Below, one piece after another: positions 1 to 6,608 of a stretch of DNA of 14,713 bases; position 1 is the stretch's first letter, and each line of letters opens with the position of its first letter. Origin of the DNA: Candidatus Undinarchaeota archaeon (GTDB lineage Archaea > Undinarchaeota > Undinarchaeia > Undinarchaeales > UBA543); NCBI GenBank assembly GCA_964567575.1, contig CAZMMZ010000011.1, forward strand, positions 1 through 14,713. Reading direction: 5' to 3'. The position numbers were made by a program, and so were the translations under genes. The notes under the pieces were generated by a model that had not been told where the DNA came from, did no database searches, and was given only the letters and a program-made list of their open reading frames with translations.

Positions 1-2
1 GC

Positions 3-503
3 GCAATGTTGTGGTTTTTAATGGGCTACACTAGCAAACTTGCAGGAACTGAAACCGGGGTTGTAGATCCTGTCAGCACGTTCTCTCGCTTTTTCGGAGA
101 GCCGTTTCTACCAAGGCCTCCAACTGTTTATATCAAACTGCTTGGCGAGAAAATGGACAAGCACAACACAAATGTCTATCTTATTAACACTGGCTGGACT
201 GGTGGTCCGTACGGTATTGGTAAAAGAATTGACATCTCTTTAACTAGAAAAATGCTGAATTGTGCTTTGAATGGTGATTTGGAAAAAGTTGAATATGAAG
301 AAAATGACTTCTTTCACTTGGCTGTTCCAAAAGAATGTCCAAGTGTTTCTTCAAAATTATTAAATCCAAGTAATGCATGGGAAAATCAAACTGATTATAA
401 CCAGGCTTCAAAAAAATTAGCGCAAGAATTCAAAAAACATTTCAACAAAACATACAAAGACAAAGTTTCAAAGGAAATCGAGAAAGAATGTCCTGGTTAT
501 TAA
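3..503 (+). CDS. pckA: Phosphoenolpyruvate carboxykinase (ATP), C-terminal part; 5'-truncated by window edge
   Basis: Motifs GYTSKLAGTE, (V)STFSxxFGxPF, VYLINTGWTGGPYGIGKRI and LNPxNAW match the C-terminal region of ATP-dependent PEPCK. The frame is open from the window start; TAA at 501-503. Confidence 0.95.
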   Translation, partial: AMLWFLMGYTSKLAGTETGVVDPVSTFSRFFGEPFLPRPPTVYIKLLGEKMDKHNTNVYLINTGWTGGPYGIGKRIDISLTRKMLNCALNGDLEKVEYEENDFFHLAVPKECPSVSSKLLNPSNAWENQTDYNQASKKLAQEFKKHFNKTYKDKVSKEIEKECPGY

Positions 504-522
504 CCTAAGTATCCCCCAAAAC

Positions 523-530
523 TTATAAAC
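523..530 (+). promoter_or_regulatory. Candidate TATA box (TTATAAAC) with A-rich BRE; SD-like GAGGGAG at 553-559
   Basis: CCAAAAC-TTATAAAC lies upstream of the gene at 566, and GAGGGAG lies 6 nt before its ATG. Confidence 0.55.
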
Positions 531-565
531 AATAGATTCTGTTAAAATTGCAGAGGGAGAAACAA

Positions 566-1003
566 ATGCCTATTGTTGATATAGCACTTACAAAACTTGA
601 AGCACACAGGGAAGACCCTGTTAAAGATGAAGACCTTAAGGAAGGAATTAAGGTTAATAGTCAAACCAATATTGATAAAATTTCAAAAGACAAATTTGGA
701 AGTCTTGGAGAAGCACTCTTTATTGATTATTCATACAATGTTCAGTACACTCCAAATGTTGGCGGTATTGAAGTCAAAGGACAATTAGTTTTCTACGCAA
801 AGAAATTATCTCAGGTTTGTGAAAACAAAGATGGAAAAATTACTTTGAATCCAGAAACTTTTGAACAAGTTCAAAATGCAATTCTTGCAAATTCAGCTGT
901 TCAATCTATTATTCTGGCAAAAGAAATAAAACTTCCACCATCAATTTCATTGCCAAGAGTTCAAGTTCAGCCTACTGATTCTAAAGAGAAGACAGCTGCT
1001 TGA
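566..1003 (+). CDS. Conserved archaeal hypothetical protein, probable SecB-like fold
   Basis: The ATG at 566 follows GAGGGAG, so it is preferred over the TTG at 548. The pattern MPIV...YNVQYTPNVGGIEVKGQLVF...LAKEIKLPPSISLPRV resembles a widespread archaeal family with a predicted SecB-like fold. The 3' end overlaps the convergent gene at 981-1003. Confidence 0.6.
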   Translation: MPIVDIALTKLEAHREDPVKDEDLKEGIKVNSQTNIDKISKDKFGSLGEALFIDYSYNVQYTPNVGGIEVKGQLVFYAKKLSQVCENKDGKITLNPETFEQVQNAILANSAVQSIILAKEIKLPPSISLPRVQVQPTDSKEKTAA

Positions 1004-1868
1004 TTTTTTTCTCATCAAATCCGATGAGAGGTCTAAAAATAGGTAGCGTTAGCTTTTTGCTAATCTTTGCAAAGTCTACCAAATTGTCAAGAGTATCTTT
1101 TGTTAGAATATCTGAATTGAAAATTGCTTTTGCATTTTTCTGCTTTGCAATTTTTTCAGCTTCTTTGTAAATATCTTTTGTTTTATCAACAGTGTGAATC
1201 TTGAAATCCCCAAGCCAATATCGCACTCTTTCCATATCAAGTTCCTCTGTTGTTACTGCTTCTATATCACAACCGCGTTTTGACATAAGATAAGCAGCTG
1301 CTAAAAATGGTCTGTCTTTTTCAAAAATTCCAATTGCAAGTCCTTCAATTCCTTGTGGGATTCCACATGGACCTGAGATTTTTTCAACAAAAACAAAAGC
1401 TTTCTTATTTCGAACTTCTACAAAAACCTCTTTTGTTGGATCACTCAAATTAACTCCAGCTTTTGTTATTTTTTGAATATTTGAACCAATTTGTATTCCA
1501 ATGTCTCTGCTTCTGAAAGAATGATCTCCTTGCCTTGTTGCTCTAACTGCAAAAGTATCTTTTTCATTTATTCTTTCTTTTGCAATTTTTGTTGAGAGTT
1601 TTGAAATGTCTTTCATCTCAGCGTTGCAAACCTGCGCTGGTGAAAAACTTACAATCCCAAAAACTAATTTCAAAAGTGGAAGAACATTCTTGTCAGTTGT
1701 TTCTACATACAGTCTTCCCCATTCTGTTTTTATATTATCATATTTTGCATTAAATTCTTTTAGAACATTCTTTATATTTTGCATAAGTTTTCTTTCAAAG
1801 AATTTTCTAGTTTGTTTGCTCTTTAAGCCGATTTCGCCGTATCTGATTATTATTGTGCTAAATTTCAT
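981..1868 (-). CDS. ThiI-like protein: NFLD+THUMP tRNA-binding domains plus degenerate (no PP-loop) catalytic domain
   Basis: IIIRYGEIGLKS...FE.KL..NI, VFGIVSFSPA and TFAVRATRQGDHSFRS...VNLSDP form the ThiI N-terminus/THUMP. The expected LLSGGIDSPVA is replaced by IFEKDRPFLAA. LMSKRG and FRPLIGFD remnants remain. Confidence 0.88.
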   Translation of the reverse strand: MKFSTIIIRYGEIGLKSKQTRKFFERKLMQNIKNVLKEFNAKYDNIKTEWGRLYVETTDKNVLPLLKLVFGIVSFSPAQVCNAEMKDISKLSTKIAKERINEKDTFAVRATRQGDHSFRSRDIGIQIGSNIQKITKAGVNLSDPTKEVFVEVRNKKAFVFVEKISGPCGIPQGIEGLAIGIFEKDRPFLAAAYLMSKRGCDIEAVTTEELDMERVRYWLGDFKIHTVDKTKDIYKEAEKIAKQKNAKAIFNSDILTKDTLDNLVDFAKISKKLTLPIFRPLIGFDEKKIKQLSSL

Positions 1869-2509
1869 AGGTTCTCTACCTTTGCGTTTTGAACAGCTTC
1901 TGCTACAAGTTTTTCAATATTCAAAGTGCTTTCCATTTTTTCAATTACTTTCAAGTCTGCATGTGTTTCTGGAAACTTTGGTGTAAATTTGCAGCATGAT
2001 CCTGGAAGAATTGAAACCCAATACGTATTCACTTCTTTTGCAATTTTAATTACTTCATTTTTATCATAACTGAGTAATGGTCGTAAAACTGGAATTTTTA
2101 TTGTTGCATCTTCAACTGATAAATTATCTAATGTTTGTGAAGCAACTTGTCCAAGATTCTCTCCTGTTACAAGAGCCAGTGCATTTTCTTTTTTTGCAAT
2201 TTTCTCCGCAATCCTGTACATCATTCTTCTACAAATAACACACAAACTTTTATGATCAATATTATCTAAAATTTCTGTTTGAACTTTTGAATGAGGAACC
2301 ATGTAAAATTTTGGTTTTATTTTATATCTTCTTGAAAGAATTCCAACAAGATCTCTTGTCTTATCGATAACACTAGAGCATGTAAATGGTCTGCTATCAA
2401 AGTGAACAAAAATAACTTCCAGACCTTTTTCGAGCATTAGAGCTGTTGCAACTGGCGAATCAATGCCGCCTGAAATTAAGGAAACTACTTTCCTAGCTTT
2501 CTTGGCCAT
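1865..2509 (-). CDS. thiI: ThiI (tRNA 4-thiouridine synthase) stand-alone PP-loop catalytic domain, Fe-S type
   Basis: It has LISGGIDSPVA (PP-loop), CVICRRMMYRIAE (CxxC), VTGENLGQVASQTLDNL, VLRPLLSYDKNEV and a distal SCC, but no THUMP domain. Its TGA overlaps the next ATG (ATGA, 1865-1868). Confidence 0.92.
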   Translation of the reverse strand: MAKKARKVVSLISGGIDSPVATALMLEKGLEVIFVHFDSRPFTCSSVIDKTRDLVGILSRRYKIKPKFYMVPHSKVQTEILDNIDHKSLCVICRRMMYRIAEKIAKKENALALVTGENLGQVASQTLDNLSVEDATIKIPVLRPLLSYDKNEVIKIAKEVNTYWVSILPGSCCKFTPKFPETHADLKVIEKMESTLNIEKLVAEAVQNAKVENL

Positions 2510-2534
2510 GGACGATAGTAAGGTAAATTTAATC

Positions 2535-2542
2535 TTTATAAA
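2535..2542 (-). promoter_or_regulatory. TATA box (TTTATAAA) for the thiI pair
   Basis: On the minus strand it begins 33 nt before the ATG at 2509 and is preceded by purine-rich AGAAGGA. Confidence 0.65.
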
Positions 2543-2570
2543 TCCTTCTAATGAGCGGATGCAAAAACCC

Positions 2571-2578
2571 TTTTATAC
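2571..2578 (+). promoter_or_regulatory. TATA box (TTTTATAC) with BRE (GCAAAAACCC)
   Basis: It begins 32 nt before the ATG at 2603 and is the divergent partner of the thiI promoter. Confidence 0.65.
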
Positions 2579-2602
2579 TATTCTATCCACAGAATAGTTA
2601 CA

Positions 2603-2929
2603 ATGGAACTTAAAACCATCATCATTATTTTTGTAATACTAATTGCACTTGGTGCAGCTGCTTTTTTCTTCAGCAGTAATACTGGATTTGTCGGCAAGTT
2701 TACAGAAGCAGCTGGCTTTGATTCTGTTGAAAAAAATTGTTATGACGTAGAAGATAATGACGGAGATACTTTTGTAGATTGTTCAGATCCTGACTGCAAT
2801 GAAAAATCCTGCGATGCAACTGGTGGATGTCTTTGTATAAATCGAAAAGCAAAAGAAGTTAGATGCTGGGATAACAAAGATAATGATCATGATGGAAAAG
2901 TAGACAACGATGATCCAAACTGCATCTAA
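2603..2929 (+). CDS. Small membrane-anchored/secreted Cys- and Asp-rich protein with two C-x-D-x2-DNDxDGxxD-x2-DPxC-type repeats
   Basis: N-terminal hydrophobic helix (IIIIFVILIALGAAAFFF). Repeats CYDVEDNDGDTFVDCSDPDC and CWDNKDNDHDGKVDNDDPNC; 8 Cys in total. Confidence 0.85.
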   Translation: MELKTIIIIFVILIALGAAAFFFSSNTGFVGKFTEAAGFDSVEKNCYDVEDNDGDTFVDCSDPDCNEKSCDATGGCLCINRKAKEVRCWDNKDNDHDGKVDNDDPNCI

Positions 2930-2935
2930 GTTAAA

Positions 2936-2943
2936 TTTAAATA
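2936..2943 (+). promoter_or_regulatory. TATA box (TTTAAATA) for the poly-Cys leader ORF / tRNA-Cys transcript
   Basis: Consensus archaeal TATA beginning 32 nt before the ATG at 2968, the same spacing seen at other gene starts in this window. Confidence 0.7.
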
Positions 2944-2967
2944 CTACTAACTTTATTCCTTAAATCA

Positions 2968-3009
2968 ATGAAATCTAAAACCTTTGACTGTTGTTGCTGT
3001 TGTCAATAA
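2968..3009 (+). CDS. Poly-cysteine leader peptide MKSKTFDCCCCCQ (13 aa), candidate attenuator uORF
   Basis: ATG AAA TCT AAA ACC TTT GAC TGT TGT TGC TGT TGT CAA TAA. It has five consecutive Cys codons, its own TATA box at leaderless spacing, and ends 61 nt upstream of tRNA-Cys. Confidence 0.8.
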   Translation: MKSKTFDCCCCCQ

Positions 3010-3024
3010 GACAATCATAGGTTA

Positions 3025-3062
3025 CCTTCTTTTTCAAAAATTTCTTTACTAGTGACTTTTTT
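3025..3062 (+). terminator. Oligo-T tracts (CCTTCTTTTT 3025-3034; TTTTTT 3057-3062) between the leader ORF and tRNA: candidate conditional terminator
   Basis: Pyrimidine/T-rich runs typical of archaeal termination signals lie directly after the uORF stop. Confidence 0.45.
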
Positions 3063-3070
3063 AAAAGATT

Positions 3071-3143
3071 GCAGGGATAGCAAAACTCGGTTATGCGCGC
3101 GCCTGCAGAGCGCATGATGGGGGTTCAAATCCCCCTCCCTGCT
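3071..3143 (+). tRNA. tRNA-Cys(GCA), intronless, no encoded CCA
   Basis: Acceptor stem GCAGGGA/TCCCTGC, anticodon loop CT-GCA-GA (GCA at 3105-3107), T-arm GGGGG-TTCAAAT-CCCCC, and discriminator U73 as in tRNA-Cys. Confidence 0.97.
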
Positions 3144-3156
3144 TCATTTTAAAGTA

Positions 3157-3164
3157 TTTAAGTA
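3157..3164 (+). promoter_or_regulatory. Candidate TATA box (TTTAAGTA) for cysS
   Basis: It begins 32 nt before the cysS ATG and is preceded by AAAGTA. Confidence 0.5.
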
Positions 3165-3188
3165 AGTAATCTATAAACAGGTAATCAG

Positions 3189-4667
3189 ATGACTCTAAAA
3201 CTTTACAACACCTTAACCAGGAAAAAAGAAATTTTTAAGCCGCTCGAGCCTGGTAAAATTAAGATGTATGTCTGTGGGCCAACTGTTTATGATTATGCAC
3301 ATCTTGGACATGCACGTGCGTATGTGTCTTTTGATATTGTTAATCGATATTTACGATATAAAGATTTCAAAGTTACGTATGTGCAAAACATAACTGATAT
3401 TGAAGATAAAATTATCAAGCGAGCGCAGGAGGGGAAAATCCCCCCGCTCGAGCTTTCTGAAAAATTTGCTCAAGAATTTAATACAGATATGGATGCTCTT
3501 GGAATCCAAAAACCTGACTTCCAACCAAAAGCAACTGAAACAATCAAGGAAATGGTTGAGGTTATCAAAGGTCTGATTGAGAAAGGGTTTGCATATGAAG
3601 TGCAAGGTGATGTTTACTTTTCAGTTTCCAAATTTAAGAATTATAATAAATTATCCGGAATGAATTTGGATGAAATGGAATCTGGAAAACGCATTGAAGT
3701 TTCTCAACTGAAAGATGAGCCTCTTGATTTTGCTCTTTGGAAAAAAGCAAAAACCGGGGAAATTTCTTGGGATTCTCCTTGGGGTAAGGGCCGACCTGGT
3801 TGGCATATTGAATGTTCTGCAATGTCAATGAAATATCTTGGAGAAACAATTGATATTCATGGTGGTGGGCAAGATTTAATTTTCCCCCACCACTCAAATG
3901 AAATTGCTCAAAGCGAATGTTATACTGGAAAGAAGTTTGTGAAATATTGGGTACACAATGGATTTGTAACAGTTAACAAAGCAAAGATGAGCAAATCCCT
4001 AAAGAATTTTTCAACAATTCGAGAACTTCTAAAGCGATATGATGCAAGCACATTGCGATTCTTCCTTCTTTCAACACATTACCGATCACAAATTGATTTT
4101 GCAGATATTTATTTGGAACAAGCAAAAACAAATCTGAATAAATTGCTTAATACTATTAATAATATAAAGCACGCACTTGGTGTTGTTGCAAATGAAAAAG
4201 AAACAGCAAATGATAAAAAAGTTGTAAAGGATATTGCTCGAATTAAAAAAGAATTGCTTGCAGCACTTGATGATGATTTTAATACAAGTATTGCTCTTGC
4301 AAAACTTTTCGAATTAGCAAAGCTTGCAAACAAATACATTGGTGAAAAACATACAAGTAAAGTTCTTAGAAAATTCCTTGAAGAATTTGAAGATCTTGAT
4401 ACGATTTTTAATTTGTTTAATCCTGCAGAGCCGCAAGTAACTGAAGAAATTGTGGATTCTCTTACAAAACTTGTTAAAGATTTGAAAGATGATAAAACCA
4501 AATTCAAAACGTTTGGCGATTTAATGGAATTAGTTATTGAAATCCGAGATCAAGCGAGGACTAATAAGGATTATGATAAATCAGATAGAATCCGAAACGA
4601 GCTTGACAAGTTTGGGATTATTTTAGAAGATACAAAAAAAGGCGTTAAGTGGAAATTAAAACGATGA
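3189..4667 (+). CDS. cysS: Cysteine--tRNA ligase
   Basis: Motifs [14 protein letters not shown] (HIGH), [43 protein letters not shown] and the C-terminal SDRIRNEL...GIILED. Confidence 0.99.
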   Translation: MTLKLYNTLTRKKEIFKPLEPGKIKMYVCGPTVYDYAHLGHARAYVSFDIVNRYLRYKDFKVTYVQNITDIEDKIIKRAQEGKIPPLELSEKFAQEFNTDMDALGIQKPDFQPKATETIKEMVEVIKGLIEKGFAYEVQGDVYFSVSKFKNYNKLSGMNLDEMESGKRIEVSQLKDEPLDFALWKKAKTGEISWDSPWGKGRPGWHIECSAMSMKYLGETIDIHGGGQDLIFPHHSNEIAQSECYTGKKFVKYWVHNGFVTVNKAKMSKSLKNFSTIRELLKRYDASTLRFFLLSTHYRSQIDFADIYLEQAKTNLNKLLNTINNIKHALGVVANEKETANDKKVVKDIARIKKELLAALDDDFNTSIALAKLFELAKLANKYIGEKHTSKVLRKFLEEFEDLDTIFNLFNPAEPQVTEEIVDSLTKLVKDLKDDKTKFKTFGDLMELVIEIRDQARTNKDYDKSDRIRNELDKFGIILEDTKKGVKWKLKR

Positions 4668-4772
4668 TTACTTTTTAGGAATTTCTGCGATTTAAAATAC
4701 TTGAATAACCTTTAAATAGTGTCGTTATTATTAATTTGTCACGACAAAGGTTGGAATGGCAAATAACTAATA

Positions 4773-4806
4773 CTTATATATGACCTATGTCACTACTGAA
4801 CTGGAG
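4773..4806 (+). promoter_or_regulatory. TATA (CTTATATA), downstream inverted repeat TGAC-N4-GTCA (4781-4792) and SD GGAG (4803-4806)
   Basis: All three elements are seen directly upstream of the ATG at 4813. Confidence 0.5.
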
Positions 4807-4812
4807 TAACAA

Positions 4813-6558
4813 ATGACTAAAGTTTCAAGAATTCATCATAAATGCAAACATTGCGAAAAAAAACTCCACCCAACTTCAGACACTTATTATAAGTGTGATG
4901 GATGCGGTGGTATAGTTTGTGATTCCTGTCACAATCAACACGAAGGAAAAGATTTGTGCAAAAATTGTCATCACAAAGCTACAAACAAAATCGCAGGATT
5001 CTCCGCAGGACATATTAAAATCGGAGCATTTGTTGGAGCTCTTTTAATTCTTGCAATTTTCTTTACATGGTTTTCAAATACTGGAGTAGCATCCCCAACT
5101 GGAGCATTAATCAGTAATTTCCAAGACAATTCAGCTGACGCTTCTCTTGATCTTTTTGTTATGAGTCAGTGTCCTTATGGAACTCAAGCTGAAGATCTTG
5201 TAATGCCTATTGTTGAAAAATTCGGTTCTGATATAAACTTCAACTTATACTTTATTGCAAACCCTACTGGTGATGGTTTCACAAGTTTGCACGGCCAGCC
5301 AGAAGTTGATGAAAATATGAGGCAACTTTGTATTATTAAAAACAATCCTGAAAAATTCTTTGATTATCTAAAATCATTCAATCCTAATTACAGAAATGCA
5401 GAAGAATCATTTGCAGATGCTGCAGCTGAAGTTGGAATTGATGCTGAAGCCATAATTTCTTGTGTAGAAAGCGATGAAGGTAAAGCATTATTCACAGAAA
5501 ATATTAAGAAATCTAATGAGCTTGGTATCGGTGGTTCACCAACTTTCTATATTAATGGTGAGAAATATTCTGGCTCCCGAAGTGAACAAGGAATTACCGA
5601 AACACTTTGTCAAGCAATCCCAGATTCAGATATCTGTGAAAACATTGAACCAGCTGATCCAGTTTTCTTAACAGTAGTAAATGATCTTGATTGCGAACTT
5701 TGTGATTCCTCTTCACTTGTTTCACAATTGAAAGGTATGGTTCCAGGTTTGAAAGTAGAAACAATTTCTTATGATTCAGAAGAAGGCAGTGCAATTCTTA
5801 ATGCATTTGGTGCAACTGCTCTCCCAGTATTAGTTTTTGATTCAAGTATTGAAGCTTCATCTGGTTTTGCAGCACTTCAATCATATCTTGTAAAACAAGG
5901 TGACATATCCATGCTTCGTGTTCCTGGTGTAAAACAAATTAACAGAGATGAGCAGGAAAATTCAGTTGATCTTTTCATAATGAGTCAATGTCCATACGGA
6001 ACAATGGCACAAGGAACTTTAAAAGAAGTAGCAGAAGCAATGCCAGATCTTGAATGGGATATTTATTTCATTGCAAATGATAAAGGCGACGGAACATTTG
6101 ACAGCTTGCACGGACAGGCAGAAGTTGATGAGAACATTGAACAAGTTTGTATTCTAAAATATGCAAGAAACAAATACTTTGATTACACAACTGCATACAT
6201 TGCAGAATACGATGCATGTGGCGCAACAATGCAAGAAACACAAGATTATGCTGCATATTCACAATGCCTTGAAGATATTGATAGTTATCCATTAATGAAA
6301 AAAGTTGGAATAAGTGATTCTAAAATCAGAGCATGTGCTGAAGGAACTGAAGGTATCAGTTTGTTTACTGAAAATATAGCTCTTGGGAATGAACTTGAAA
6401 TTGGTTCTTCCCCAACATTCTTGTTTAACAATGTTATACAAGGAAGTGGTTCATCTGCTGAGCAACTCAAACAAAGCATCTGCAGTATGAACGCTGACAT
6501 GGGTGGTTGCGATCAGGTATTGAGTCAAAATCAGGCAGCAGCAAGCGGTCAGTGTTAA
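4813..6558 (+). CDS. Membrane-anchored thiol-oxidoreductase-like protein: N-terminal Zn finger, TM helix, GILT/DsbA-like domain, CxxC thioredoxin domain, second GILT/DsbA-like domain
   Basis: Four N-terminal CxxC pairs, then TM IGAFVGALLILAIFFTWF. Duplicated LF(V/I)MSQCPYG...SLHGQ(P/A)EVDEN..Q.C...(G/S)SPTF units flank a central DCELC...LPVLVF domain. Confidence 0.85.
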   Translation: MTKVSRIHHKCKHCEKKLHPTSDTYYKCDGCGGIVCDSCHNQHEGKDLCKNCHHKATNKIAGFSAGHIKIGAFVGALLILAIFFTWFSNTGVASPTGALISNFQDNSADASLDLFVMSQCPYGTQAEDLVMPIVEKFGSDINFNLYFIANPTGDGFTSLHGQPEVDENMRQLCIIKNNPEKFFDYLKSFNPNYRNAEESFADAAAEVGIDAEAIISCVESDEGKALFTENIKKSNELGIGGSPTFYINGEKYSGSRSEQGITETLCQAIPDSDICENIEPADPVFLTVVNDLDCELCDSSSLVSQLKGMVPGLKVETISYDSEEGSAILNAFGATALPVLVFDSSIEASSGFAALQSYLVKQGDISMLRVPGVKQINRDEQENSVDLFIMSQCPYGTMAQGTLKEVAEAMPDLEWDIYFIANDKGDGTFDSLHGQAEVDENIEQVCILKYARNKYFDYTTAYIAEYDACGATMQETQDYAAYSQCLEDIDSYPLMKKVGISDSKIRACAEGTEGISLFTENIALGNELEIGSSPTFLFNNVIQGSGSSAEQLKQSICSMNADMGGCDQVLSQNQAAASGQC

Positions 6559-6578
6559 ATTCTAAAAAGCAATTAAGC

Positions 6579-6586
6579 TTTTAAAC
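6579..6586 (+). promoter_or_regulatory. TATA box (TTTTAAAC), overlapped by inverted repeat AAAAGC-N6-GCTTTT (6565-6582)
   Basis: It begins 30 nt before the ATG at 6609. Confidence 0.55.
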
Positions 6587-6608
6587 TAGTACAGCGTATG
6601 CTATATTG

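Noticed and set aside
981-2509. thiI as a single frameshifted pseudogene
   Set aside because: The domain order is reversed (catalytic gene upstream of THUMP gene), each ORF has its own start/stop with an ATGA coupling, and the THUMP gene has its own degenerate catalytic domain.
2989-3003. TGT run as a mere microsatellite
   Set aside because: It cannot be fully excluded, but it is interrupted by a synonymous TGC, is in frame with an ATG at promoter-defined spacing, and sits next to tRNA-Cys and cysS.
4756-4809. Short uORFs MANN* (4756-4770) and MTYVTTELE* (4780-4809) before the thioredoxin-fold gene
   Set aside because: No informative codon runs, and the second starts inside the TATA box; expected by chance.
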